A DNA stretch of 63,580 nucleotides, filler included, from Craspedostauros australis (lineage: Eukaryota), in the NCBI GenBank assembly GCA_030167865.1. It is 8 parts of 8 records of this genome, joined end to end, with 100 filler letters (N's around TTAATTAATTAA, not from the genome) between each part and the next. Parts side by side here need not be neighbours in the genome. Positions count along the whole stretch, not along the records: positions 1 to 23,120 come from JALAGF010003316.1; 7 more parts are not named here. One strand, written 5' to 3'. Positions 1 through 11,599 of this stretch are shown in pieces; the stretch's first letter is position 1, and each line of letters begins with the position of its first letter. A program made the translations under genes and the position numbers. The notes beneath the pieces are model-generated. The model had not been told where the DNA came from. It saw only the letters and a list, made by a program, of their open reading frames with translations, and ran no database searches.

Positions 1-2468
1 TCACAGCAACTGCCGTTGCGCTCCTTTGCGCTTCCAGCATCAACGCCTTCGTGCCACAGAAGGCCGCACAGCCATTCGGAACGGGCATCCGATCTGCAGC
101 CGTCGAAGACGCTGTCACCGCAAGAACCGGAAAGCCGACGGGAACATCCTTCCTTCCTGAAGAGACAGTCGAGAGAGCGAAGAAGGGCAACCCAACCGAG
201 AAGGCCAAACTCGCCAAAGACCCAACCTCCGCATGGGTCGATGTGTACGAGTACGCACGCAAGATCCGCGAGGGAGAGATGACATGGGAGGAAGTGGAGA
301 AGGCTGACTTGGACACTGTAAGATCTTTCGCATCTTGGGAGCATTTTCCCATCCTCGTTGTGCCTCGCATTGGACGGCATCACCTTTCTTCATCTCATCA
401 TTCAAGCTGTTATGGTTTGGTTTGAGAGAAATTGGATGTGGCAGAATTGAGAATTGGTGCTGAGGATCGCAGCAGAGTGTCAAGAGAGGAGCATCGATGG
501 TTGCCACCATGCTGTGACATGTGCCGTATCAACATGGCACCTACGACATGCGAACTCATCATCTGCCGCTTTTGTGCTTTCCATACTGTCTTTGTGTCCC
601 CCCTCTCTCGCTCTTTTCTCTCTCTCTCTCTGGTTGTGCGGCTGTTCCTTGGTGTCCCATCGATTTCGATATCTCGCGCACTTGAAATTGGCACATGCTC
701 GTACGTATTCGGACACCATCACGCAACCACGCCATCACATCATCGCAACAACCACAGCGCCTGAAATATGTTGGAATGCTCCACCGTAACAAGCGCACAC
801 CAGGACAATTCATGATGCGCCTCAAGGTGCCAAATGGCATCGTCAATGCCGACCAAATGCGATTCTACGCTGACTGCGTGGAGAAGTACGGAGAGGAGTA
901 CGGTGTCGTCGACATCACAACGCGTGCCAACATCCAGCTGCGTGGCGTCAAGATCGAGGATGCCGGTGACATTCTCGATGGGCTCCACGCGCGCAACCAG
1001 ACGTCCATCCAATCTGCATTGGACAGCGTGCGCAACATGGTGGGAAGTCCATTGGCAGGCATCGATGACCAGGAGTTGGTCGACACTCGCGTTCTTTGCA
1101 ACGCAGTCAATGACCTCATCAGCATGGATCCAGTGACCGAAACACGAGGCAACCCACAGTGGGCCAACCTCCCGCGCAAGTTCAACATCGCCATCAGCGG
1201 ATCCCGTGATGACTTTGCGCACACACACATCAACGACGTCGGCATGCAGCCATGCGCGCATGCCGAGACAGGAGAGATGGGCTTCAACATCGTGCTCGGT
1301 GGATTCATGTCCATCAAGCGCGTCGCCGAGTCCGTCGACTCCGGCATGTGGATCCCGGCCGATCGCGAGTCCGTGGTGACCTTCTGCGAGGCCATCCTGC
1401 GCATCTTCCGTGACGAGAGTGAGCGCAAGAACCGTCAGGCGGCCAGATTGATGTTTTTGGTTGAGAAGTACGGAGTGGAGGAGTTCAAGGCAGCCGTCAT
1501 AAAGGAGGTCGAGAGCTACGGCCGCGGAGTGAAGGTCGAGGATCAGCAACCCCGCGAGACGGACGTGTTCGAGCGACGTGAGTTGTTGGGCGTGCACCCA
1601 CAGAAACAGAAGGGCAAGGTCCGTGTCGGCGTCCACGTCCCAGCAGGCCGTCTGAGCCAGACCGAATGCCGTGATCTGGCCGACCTCGCAGACAAGTACT
1701 CTGCCGGAGAGATCCGCATGACTGTCGAGCAGAATCTGATCTTCCCCAACGTCGATGAGGGCAAGGTCAAGGAGATGCTTGCGGAGCCCGTGCTTGGCAA
1801 GGGATCCCGCATGTCTGCATCGCCAGGTTTCATTGAGGGCAACGTCGTGTCTTGTACGGGAGCCCAGTTCTGTGGACTTGCATTGATCGAGACCAAGGGG
1901 AATGCTGAGGCCCTTTCCAAGAAGCTCGAGGATCTCGTGACGGTGGATCGTCCTATCCGCATCCATTGGACTGGATGGTAAGTGATTGCGGGCACTGTGT
2001 GTGCCGCACAGATGGATGAATAATGAAAGACTGAATGTCTTGTTGTGTGGTGGCGCACCCCTGTGATGGCCTGGCACTGATTGCTTTCGTCGGTGGTGAT
2101 CTCCTTGCTTCGCCAACTTGTTCACTCACACTCATCATCACCTGATCGTACAAAACACATTGGCTCTTCGACATTGCAACAACGATAACGACAACAACAT
2201 TAACAACAATGGCAAATACAGCCCAAACAGCTGCGGACAGGTCCAGGTTGCTGACATTGGTATCATGGGTGGTCCTGCCAGAAAGGAGATTGATGGAAAG
2301 AAGATGGCCGTCCCAGGATGCAAGATCTTCGTCGGTGGTCGCATCGGAGAAGACGCGCACTTGGCAATGGAACCAATCGCCTCCGGCATCCCGCTTGATG
2401 AGGAGGACTTGATCCCAACCCTCGTCGACATCCTCAAGAAGGAGTTCGGTGCCGTTGACAAGAACTAA
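1..2468 (+). CDS. NIR: Plastid ferredoxin-nitrite reductase; 5' end runs off the window; exons <1..317, 758..1977, 2222..2468
   Basis: Splicing joins ADLDT|RLKYVGM and IHWTG-C|PNSCGQ at GTAAG...CAG introns. Sirohaem/4Fe-4S motifs CTGAQFC and GCPNSC are present, as are NLPRKFN and DITTRANIQLRG. The N-terminus TATAVALLCASSINA-FVP is an ASAFAP-like signal/transit junction. Confidence 0.95.
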
Positions 2469-2901
2469 TTGAGCAATGCCGCACTGCTGCGGCGCTCCAA
2501 TCCAAATCGATTTAGCAGACGACAAAGTTTTACCAGGGAACAATAAGCATTTCGTCCCCACGTATAATACAGTTTAGCCGCAATACCGTACAACAACGAG
2601 GGCGTGCTGTGCAGTATGTGTGGGGCATGCTCTTGCCTGCATTCTCCTGCCTGCAGACCTTGCCACCTCAGCACCAGAAATCCAGCGGTCTTCACAGATT
2701 CGGAAACACACGTTGACAGCCTCGGACGGCGAGTAGTCCAGCAAAAGGCATACTTGGAAACACAATGCTCTATATCCTTGCCTGCGCTGGAAGGCACCTA
2801 TGTGTCGATGCCCCGACTTCAAAGCCATCAGAATGAACGGAAGCTTCTACCCTAAACTCGACATGGTTCTACTACAGATTGCTATCGCGTCACCTATCCC
2901 A

Positions 2902-3712
2902 TCAGTCTCTGTTCTTGTTTGCTTCAGTTCTCACACGTTTTCGGTACTCGGAACGATTGTTCATGTACAACTGGTACGCCTCTTGCTGTGCCGGACTTGC
3001 TGGGTTGGGTTCGTCGAGCAGATCCTGGATACCAATGAGCACTTGCTTGACTGTGATTGCGGGACGCCAACCTTCTTCCTCGTTCAAAATGGATAGACAG
3101 ATCGTTCCTGATGGGTAGACATTCGGATGGAACAGTGGTGGGACGAATTTGCCTGTATGTGCCGTATGTGCCGTATGGGTTGCATTGGATTGCATGAGAT
3201 TGCCCAAATGGTAATAGAGGAAAATGAGATGACTCACCACGGTAAGGAGCAGCGCATGAGGTTCGAAAGCAATGGATTTAGCATGATATGAGTCGGAGTG
3301 TTGGGGCATAGCAATCGACGCATGCAGCGGCGCAACCGGTTGAGGCGAGCTTTGCTTGCGCAGCTCAAACTTTGGCGCCAAAATTGGAAAGGGCGACAAT
3401 CGGAGGTGGCTCTCCAGTATCGTTCCATAGCAGAATTCCAGAAACGTCTCAGTCATGGCAGTGCAAGAGGGCGGAAGGAAACTTACACTTGGGTGGCTTC
3501 GATGGATAGTCCTCGGAGAATTCCATCGACACTTTGTACACCCCACCGGACCAGTCGGTCCCCTCCTTGCCGGGGATGCCGGCCTCCCAGTTCATGATGT
3601 CGCTCGAGCCATCACCCTTTGACTTGAGCTTCGCGTAAAAGCCGAATGGGTGATCGCGGCGCCAAGCCTTGCGCTCTTCTGACAATCTTCCTCGTGCAAT
3701 TCCCGATGACAT
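2902..3712 (-). CDS. UBC9: SUMO-conjugating enzyme E2; exons 3712..3487 and 3152..2902
   Basis: [27 protein letters not shown]...[30 protein letters not shown]...[17 protein letters not shown] donor and CAG acceptor. Confidence 0.96.
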
Positions 3713-4313
3713 CTTTCAATCTGCTTCCGTGTAGCGGGTTGCTTGTGTCTGCTACGATCTGTGCTATGCTCTTCGTGCCTCTTGGTGTGCAGTGCGTGAT
3801 GTTTGTTGTGTGCAGTTGTCGTCACTTTGCACCCGTTTGAATTTGTGTGGTGGTGTGCGATCAGCGAGTAGCTCCTGTTGCTTCTCCGATTGCCTTCCTT
3901 CCCCTTGGTTGCTTGTGGTTGTGTTGCTGTGTGTTTTGTGGTTGCAGATCCCCTTGATCTCTTGTTGTCGTTGTTGGTGATACTGGTGGAGTTGCTGCAC
4001 TGGCGCGAGTAGTTGTGGTGATTTCCTCTCAGTCTGTGCTGTGCGTTGTCTGTCTTCTCTGTGTGTGTGTCTGTGCGTCTGTGTCTCTGTGTTGTTTTTG
4101 TTGGTTTGTGTTTGCTGCGCTGCGCAGCACTGTTCGTGTTCTTGTTTCGAATTTGGACAGTTGACGTTGTTACCGTTGCCGTTTGCAGGTTTGAAAATCT
4201 GATTCTGGGCACGATTTGGGACTTCATGAGGCCCCATTTGAAATGGAGTTCGAAAGGGTGTACTTAAGTAGCGTTGAACGAATTGAGGTTCGCTATTTTG
4301 TTGACAACTGAGG

Positions 4314-4522
4314 TGACGTCAACGCTACTACCTCCAAGACTGACTCGGATGACTCGACGCAAACCAACAAGGCGTCTTTGGGGAAGGTCTTTGGTGGAAG
4401 TTCTGGGCGCGGTATCCATCACCGATGGCGACGAGGCATGAGTACGAACACCGAAGATCGCCTCTTTTGGGTGTCAGCGGAACACATCAATTCCAAACAA
4501 AGGCGCGTGTGGCGCGCACGTG
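4314..4522. promoter_or_regulatory. Candidate bZIP/CRE palindrome TGACGTCA (4314..4321) and G-box CACGTG (4517..4522) in the UBC9/SOD divergent promoter
   Basis: Motifs read directly from the sequence; function is inferred only. Confidence 0.3.
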
Positions 4523-4625
4523 AAAATCTTTCCAGGATCCGAAGCATCAACTTCACAACCAAGTGCCCACAATCGCAAACAACGACCAAGACATTGAAAT
4601 CAACATCAACACCCGTTCCATCACC

Positions 4626-5974
4626 ATGAAGCTCGCTATTGCCTCCATCCTTGTTGGATCTGCTGCGGCATGGTCCTCCCTCGACATGAAGGCCGGTAAG
4701 GAACTCCGCTGGTTGTTCTTCTGTCTCGTCTGACCTTTGGTGGCATGCTGGTTTTCGGCGCTTTCTTGTGGTTGCAAGTATTGTAGGCCATTGGAAAGAA
4801 AAAGCCGATCACGAAAGATTCGCGGGACCATGGTACTACTATCTCCCGCTGTCTCGTATCGCACCGTCGATCATTGCTCTTCACAGCGGGCTTCAGGCAT
4901 GAGACTGGGTACATCACCCACGATCTTCACCGTGGTTGTCACGGTTATCGTCATCGTCATCATCGTCAACATCTTTGGCCTCTGCATCATCGCAAACCAG
5001 CACTCACAACGGCCTTGATTTGCACTTGATTGGATCGTGTCGGATCTTCTCGGATCGCATTGCATTGCACCGCATCGCACCGCATCTCATTGGGTTGCGT
5101 TGGATGTGATTGCCAAATGTACCCATGGACCGACGACCATTCATTGGATGTAATTCTTTGTGGACACCTTGCACATCTGGATACCGTGCCATACCTCCAT
5201 GACGCTACATTCCCAACTTCCATCCATGTCACATCCTCGGCAGACGGCGTCACCAGCCGCCGCGGAGCCTTCGGAAAGGCAGTCGCTGCCGGTGCAGCCT
5301 TGGCTGCTCCAGGTGCCGCCAGCGCCTACTTCGTGCCGGACTTGCCATACCCATTCGAGGCCTTGGAGCCATACATCGACGCTCCAACCATGAAGATTCA
5401 CCACGACAAGCATCATGCCACCTACGTTGCCAACATCAACAAGGCACGCGAGGGCAAGCCCGATGTCCCAATCCTTGACCTCATGGCCGACGCGCTCGAG
5501 GCTGGGCCAGGCGTCCGCAACAGCGGTGGCGGGCACTACAACCACGCTCTCTTCTGGACCGAGATGGTGGCACCGGACAAGGCTAAGGACACTAAGCCAT
5601 CCGCGGAGCTCTCTGCCATGATCGACAAGTCCTTCGGCTCCTTCGACGACATGAAGTCCAAGTTTGAAGCCGCTGCCGCCCCAGGAGCCACCTTCGGCTC
5701 CGGATGGGTCTGGGTCTGCGTCAACATGAAGGGCGATGAGCTCAAGATCGTCTCCACACCAAACCAGGACAACCCTCTCATGAAGGGCGTTGGCGACGAG
5801 GTCATGCTGCCAATCCTTGGAATTGATGTCTGGGAGCACGCATACTACCTCAAGTACCAGAACCGCCGACCAGAGTACGTCTCCAACTGGTGGAATGTCG
5901 TCAACTGGGACAAGATCAACGAAAACTTCACCTACGTCGTCGAGAACCACTCCGGAGTCAAGGTTGACGGCTAG
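4626..5974 (+). CDS. SOD: Fe/Mn-family superoxide dismutase, Mn-type signature, with signal + transit + Tat presequence; exons 4626..4695 and 5244..5974
   Basis: LPYPFEALEPYID, HHDKHHATYV, GGGHYNH, STPNQDNP and DVWEHAYY are present. Exon 1 MKLAIASILVGSAAAWSSLDMKA splices in phase to DGVTSRRGAF. Confidence 0.93.
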
Positions 5975-6574
5975 AGAGAATCCCAGCGGCTACTCTGCAT
6001 ACAATTATTTTAGACAAGCATGTGTTTGCAAACAGGAGGAGAGGGAAGTGCCAGAGAGCCCCAGTATTGCTCTGAATATTGGTGCGAGTACATACAATAC
6101 TGCTATACGATACGAGTAATAGAACTGGCGAAGCAGAACCAACACAACCATGGATGCTGTTGACGTTGCTGAAACACAATGAGCGGCCCCAGTCCAGGCA
6201 AAGCTCTGTTCTGCTCGGCTGCTGGACTGCTCTGTACAAGACCACCATAGCGGTACCCCAGCGCGTTCTTGAGTACAAGGCGAGCCCAAAACGAGATCTG
6301 TAAGGAAGCTCCGTTGCCATGCGAGTGTTGCATCCTTGTCCCAACATCGAATGCAAAAACTAAAGTTACTTCCATCCGATGCTTCCTAATTGCATCCCAC
6401 CATGCGTATAGTAGACCTTCCACCCTGACGAATATGCGCACCGACATGCTGCCATCGGGCTGCACGGGAAGGTGCGATTGGATCACCGGATGCAATTCCA
6501 AGAGCAATGGAATGCGAGCCGCCCCACAAGCCCGCGTGCCTCCAGTCGTCCCTTCCATGATGTCCTGAACGAAA

Positions 6575-9500
6575 TCATTTCGCTGCTTTGTGCTTTGTCA
6601 TGGAGCCTCCAAATTTGAACACGGTGCCGAAACTGGGCGCCTTCTCCCCAACCAGCCCCTTCTTCTGCTGCACTATCTTGGACGGTGCTGAGGCATCCTT
6701 CTGACGGCCTTTCGTGCTCGCTTTTGCAAATTCATTGTGCGTCGCACCGGCCTTTTGCATGTTCTGAGGTTTGGTTGATGCAGATGAAGGTCCGTTGGAA
6801 GGTTTTGAGGCAGTGACACGGGATGCACTGGCATTATCCTTCGTTTTCTTCAACGCCTCCGCAAGCACCGCAGTGTTCCGTCTCAACGATTTGCTGTACA
6901 AAAGATGCTTCTTCATTTTCGGCACGTAAGTGCGATTGTAGAATTCGATGATGTTGCCGATGGGCTTTTGGTCAGCGCTTTCGGACACGGCTCCGTCGTC
7001 CTCATCTCGCAGCAGACAAATTTGTCGCACGATGCGCTGGCACGCCATCTCGCCAAGCTCTTGCCCGCGTACGCCAACGTATACATCAATCAGCTTTACG
7101 AAGGTTACATCTGGCACCATCCCCATGACCTTGCAGATGCCGTACACGGCACAGAGCACCAGATGGTCGATGTGTCGATCGTACAGCAACTCCGTGTGAT
7201 GCCGCAGCATGTACCGGAATGCGATCCATATCTGCGACATGACGGGGTACTGCTTGGGTATTTTCAGCACCGAACAGATGGTCTCGATTCGAAAATGGGC
7301 GATTCTCATCACCTTGCGAAAGATGAAGGACAAGAATTGGGACTCCGAAGTGGGAGGAGGTTTGAGGGAGCGGGATCGATCGTACTCGAAGCCGATGTCC
7401 TCAATCTCTTCGGGCAGCGTGGGTGCCATGACATCGAGTGGCCACGACCCCGTGTGTTGCTTGCCGTCGATTCGGGGGTGCCTTTTCAATTCGTTGATGG
7501 ATTGGATCAACGACCCTTCCTGGCTCAACGTCGGTTCGCGAGCCCAGATCAAGGAATCCAGCACCTGTACTTCTGTTCGTCGAATGTGCCGTTGCAGGAT
7601 CGTGGGCAGACCGCCGATGATCGTCGGTCGCACCTGTTTCCCGGCATCGGCTTGGATGGTGGACCGGCAGAAGGACTCAGAGACCTTCAGGTAGGTGTAC
7701 GGCGTCGTTTCGAACAGATGCAACAGCGTGTAGATCGTGATCTTGTAATGCTTGGAGCTCAGCTTGACCTTGCGACTGCAGCCGACCGCCTTCAACGCAG
7801 AAAAGTAGCAGCACACCAGCAACGCACGATGAAACGGGATGCTCCGAATGAGCCTCGAGTTTGAGTTGGCCTTGAGGCGTTCCTTCTCCTCCGTCAGAAT
7901 GGACTCGAGAGAATGATAGTAGAGGCCGACGACAGCCGCAACGAGCTGGATGTCGTCTGGCATGCGTCGTTCGAAGTACAGCTGTCCGTCCTTGTTGCCC
8001 ACGGACACCGATGTCGGCTTTCCCTTCCCCATGAACGTGTCCACCAGCATGCGCTGAAGAGCCTTGTTCATCGTCGGTACGATGATATCGGAAAATGCGT
8101 CACTTGAGTCATCTTCAAAGAACGCGACCAGTTTGTTGCTGGGTCGTATGACGGAGAGCGAGAGTATGGACAGAGTCCACTCATTGAGTTCCATGGCATC
8201 GGTGAGGCTGGGCGATCTTTCCGAGGCGGCACCTGGCACTAAGATACGACTTGGCTTGCTTTCAGCAACCTCGGTGCCTTCCTCCAACGTCACAGTCACG
8301 GCACCTCGTATTTGATCAGCATGAAGCGAACCCTTCGGACTGTTTTTGGCAAGCATGTCGACCTTTCGCAGGTCTGGAACAACCCACATGAGTTTCGACT
8401 CTCCGAGCACAGCGAACATGGAATCGATGATCATCTTCATATTCTGCTTGAGGAACTCTGGCTTGCTCACCAACCCCCTGAGCGTGGATTGCGTGACCAC
8501 TTTGTGGGTGGCTATGGCGCCGCTGTCGGAGTCATCCACAAAGGTTGACTCAGCCGGCGCTGCCTGAACGCTCGGGCTATTTTCGACGCCGTAGAGCATG
8601 GCAAAGAGCTGCGAGAATATCGCAGTTCTGCTGGCCTCCACGCAGAAGGATTCTCGTGACTTCCACGCGAGCTTCCTGCCCAGCTGGTTGCAAGCCACCA
8701 GCAATCGGAAGACCATGTCCTCGTCGCTCTTTGTGTTGTGGCCGTTGCTCATGCGTATCCGTTTTGCTGGAGGTTTGCGTGTGCCTTCGGATTTGTCCGT
8801 CTCCGTCTCCATGTTCGTCTTCGTGTTGTTGCTGTTGGCAGATGCGTTCGATTGTGGCTTGGTGACGGCGACATCAGTCTCAGGCACGTTCATGGAAGAC
8901 CAGTCTGCTCTCCACGAGTACTTTGGAGTTTTGAAGACTATGGAGAGCAGGCCGATGCTCGCTGCGACCATGGCGATCTGCGAATCGCGTTGGATATTGG
9001 CTGGATGCGTCTTGGCCATCGCCCAGCAGCACAATCGCACGCCGAGGTCCTGCCATGGCTGGTCATCGAGAAAGACGCAGTGAGAGATGTAGTCCATGTC
9101 CTTGGCAATGTGGAATATCTGAATGGATCGCAGCTTGCAGAGGCGGAGATTCTGCGTGAGGAACTGTTTGAGGGCGTCGCAATCTGATTGGATATTCTGG
9201 GACTGCATGGCAGCGGTGGGCTGAATCTTCGACTTGGACGACGGCGTCAATGGCTGCGATGCCTTGGCTGCATTGCTGGAGTCGTAGATGCTCAGTATTT
9301 TATGCAGGCCGTTGAGCTGGTGCGTGGAGGAGCTTGTGGATGCCGGGCGTATCGCCATTCTCAAGAGGGCATGATCAACGACGTCGGGGACTGTGAGGTC
9401 CTGCTTCATATCAGCCATGACATCGATCGTGTCAACGATGAGCTTGTGGAGCGCATCCGAGAAGGACTGATCAGAAGAGTTCTGTTTTGAGACCGATGAC

Positions 9501-10384
9501 GATGATGCTGCTGCTGATGCTGACGTGGGAGCTTTCTGAGATGCGGCTGAGGATGATCCAGTTTTGGCTGCACTCTTTGTTTGGCTGGCATTTTTGTTGC
9601 TATCGTCATCGACTTCCATGCCCCGAACTCCGCTGTTATCTCCATCGGTACTTTTGACAAGATTGCTTGCGACGGAAGATGTTGCTGCTGCTGATGAAGT
9701 CTTCTTGGTTTGTTGCTGTGCGGATGGCGCGGGTGCTGGTGTGTCCTTCTTTTGGGCGCTTCCAGGAGCGGCGCCAGAGGTGGAACTTGTGGTTGCATCG
9801 GCAGCTGGTGCATCCTTCTTTGCCTGTTCTCCTGACGCTGACGCCGACGCCGAAGCTGATGCCACCGATGGAGGCTTGGCTGCAGTCGTGGCTACAGCCG
9901 CAGCCGTGGGAGTGGCAGATGACGGAGCCACAACATTTGGCTTGACCTTGGCCTTCGTATTTGCACCTGTATTTGCTTTGGCATCTGCCTTTGCCTTAGT
10001 GCTGGCGTTGCCATTTCCATCGCCAATGCCGTTGGCCGATGGTTGCTTTGCTTTCGTATTCGTAGTCTCCGCTTGCTGATGTTTCGATTCCGAGTAGATG
10101 CTGAGCAACCGCTGCAGGAGGTGGGCGCTGAGCACCTTGGCGCAGGACGATTCCTTGTCATCCTCCGGCCGTTCCATCCATTTGAGGATCTTCTGAAACA
10201 CCAGCCGATCGGCTTGACATGCCAGGCTCTGCTCGATGCGCAGGATCTGTCCTGGCAGCTCCTCCGAGGCCGCTGGCGCGCTGCTCCCGGACGCACTGGC
10301 GCTGGCGGATGCACCATTGGCACCGGACTTTCCTTTCCCCGCATCCGCGCTGGTGCTGACATCCATCTTCGAAGGAACATTCAT
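6575..10384 (-). CDS. RBR: Retinoblastoma-related (pocket) protein, 1269 aa, apparently intronless
   Basis: Pocket A: LYYHSLESILTEEKERL...FHRALLVCC...YLKVSESF...LDSLIW. Pocket B: FRKVMRIAHFRI...DRHIDHLVLCAVYGICKV...IIEFYN. Confidence 0.92.
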   Translation of the reverse strand: MNVPSKMDVSTSADAGKGKSGANGASASASASGSSAPAASEELPGQILRIEQSLACQADRLVFQKILKWMERPEDDKESSCAKVLSAHLLQRLLSIYSESKHQQAETTNTKAKQPSANGIGDGNGNASTKAKADAKANTGANTKAKVKPNVVAPSSATPTAAAVATTAAKPPSVASASASASASGEQAKKDAPAADATTSSTSGAAPGSAQKKDTPAPAPSAQQQTKKTSSAAATSSVASNLVKSTDGDNSGVRGMEVDDDSNKNASQTKSAAKTGSSSAASQKAPTSASAAASSSSVSKQNSSDQSFSDALHKLIVDTIDVMADMKQDLTVPDVVDHALLRMAIRPASTSSSTHQLNGLHKILSIYDSSNAAKASQPLTPSSKSKIQPTAAMQSQNIQSDCDALKQFLTQNLRLCKLRSIQIFHIAKDMDYISHCVFLDDQPWQDLGVRLCCWAMAKTHPANIQRDSQIAMVAASIGLLSIVFKTPKYSWRADWSSMNVPETDVAVTKPQSNASANSNNTKTNMETETDKSEGTRKPPAKRIRMSNGHNTKSDEDMVFRLLVACNQLGRKLAWKSRESFCVEASRTAIFSQLFAMLYGVENSPSVQAAPAESTFVDDSDSGAIATHKVVTQSTLRGLVSKPEFLKQNMKMIIDSMFAVLGESKLMWVVPDLRKVDMLAKNSPKGSLHADQIRGAVTVTLEEGTEVAESKPSRILVPGAASERSPSLTDAMELNEWTLSILSLSVIRPSNKLVAFFEDDSSDAFSDIIVPTMNKALQRMLVDTFMGKGKPTSVSVGNKDGQLYFERRMPDDIQLVAAVVGLYYHSLESILTEEKERLKANSNSRLIRSIPFHRALLVCCYFSALKAVGCSRKVKLSSKHYKITIYTLLHLFETTPYTYLKVSESFCRSTIQADAGKQVRPTIIGGLPTILQRHIRRTEVQVLDSLIWAREPTLSQEGSLIQSINELKRHPRIDGKQHTGSWPLDVMAPTLPEEIEDIGFEYDRSRSLKPPPTSESQFLSFIFRKVMRIAHFRIETICSVLKIPKQYPVMSQIWIAFRYMLRHHTELLYDRHIDHLVLCAVYGICKVMGMVPDVTFVKLIDVYVGVRGQELGEMACQRIVRQICLLRDEDDGAVSESADQKPIGNIIEFYNRTYVPKMKKHLLYSKSLRRNTAVLAEALKKTKDNASASRVTASKPSNGPSSASTKPQNMQKAGATHNEFAKASTKGRQKDASAPSKIVQQKKGLVGEKAPSFGTVFKFGGSMTKHKAAK

Positions 10385-10560
10385 GGTTGCGTCGCGGTCT
10401 CTCTTGTTCGATTCGATTCGACCGGATGGTGGTGAAATGTCGATGGAGACGTTGATTGGATGCCTCCTTCAGACACTTGCGCTTCTGTACGAGCTGTGCG
10501 TATGAGTGGATGTATGCTGCAGCTGCTGCTGTTGTCACCAATGCCTCCACCGGTAGCACG

Positions 10561-10569
10561 TTTGGCGCG
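10561..10569. promoter_or_regulatory. E2F-like site TTTGGCGCG about 180 bp upstream of the RBR start codon
   Basis: Matches the TTTSSCGC consensus, but the same 8-mer also occurs elsewhere in the window. Confidence 0.35.
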
Positions 10570-11599
10570 AAGATCGCTCCCTTTGTGTTTCTGTTTGCGT
10601 GCGTACTCGTGTGCGTACTCGTGTGCGTACTCGCGTGTTCGGATGAGATGATGGTCTATTCGTAGCTTCGCAAGGCTGAAGGCGCGATGTCCGAGGATCC
10701 GTCCAGCGTCTCTCCCGTACATTCGAAGAGAGGAAGAGAGAGAGAGAGTCCAATGGTAAATGGACAAGACTGGCAAGCCTGACAGTAGAGTGGTCGTTGG
10801 ACGAGGAGGCGACGGCGATGGCAATCAGACAACCTGTTCGGTGGTTCGTCGTTCTGATCGTTCCCTTGCGTTGGAGTATGTATTATACGAGCGACGATAC
10901 TCAAGTGCTCCTGTCTGGGTTGCTTTGTGATGAGCTCTGCGCGGTTCGGGTGTTGTCGGAGGTGCGGCTTGTCTCTTTGTTTGCTCTTTTGTCGTGCAAC
11001 GCAAAAACACGTGCAATCACCAGAGAGAGAGGGAAGATAACGGCGTTTCGATCCGGGCTCCTCTCTTTTGCCACATTCTTGGTGTTCGTGGAGAGAAACG
11101 GTCGCGCGAAGTGCTCGAAGTGGTCGACTATCCTCACATTTTCGCTTCTTGTCACGAATGCCGTGTATTTCTCACGTTGTTGGCGCTTGCGTGGAGGTTT
11201 GGGGTTCGTTGGCTGTTCGCTTTGTGGTGGCAATTGTCGTTGCCGAATCTCTGTTGTCGTGCTGCCCCTGTTTGCTTCCGTTGGCTTCGCCGTCCGTTTT
11301 CTTGTTCCTCTCCACTTCACCTTCCCATCCGCGTTCCTTCTCCCGCCATCGATGGGCGAGGGCGACAAGAAAGATAGCGCACACATCCAACCAGGACAAG
11401 GGCAGTTGCACACGCTGCTCGAGACAATCTCTCTATCGATCCACTCGTCGCGCACTCGTGCACATTGCTGACACTTCACACCAATACAAAGCAAAGTGGA
11501 GTACTCTGCAGAGCGAGAGAGAGAGAGAGAGAGAGAGAGTACCACAGCCACACACTCATACTGTACAGAGCATAACACGACATAACACGACACGACACA

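Noticed and set aside
740..2125. Long antisense ORFs over NIR (likewise over SOD, GSR, FRE and the AMTs)
   Set aside because: Shadow ORFs caused by GC3-rich codon bias in the real genes.
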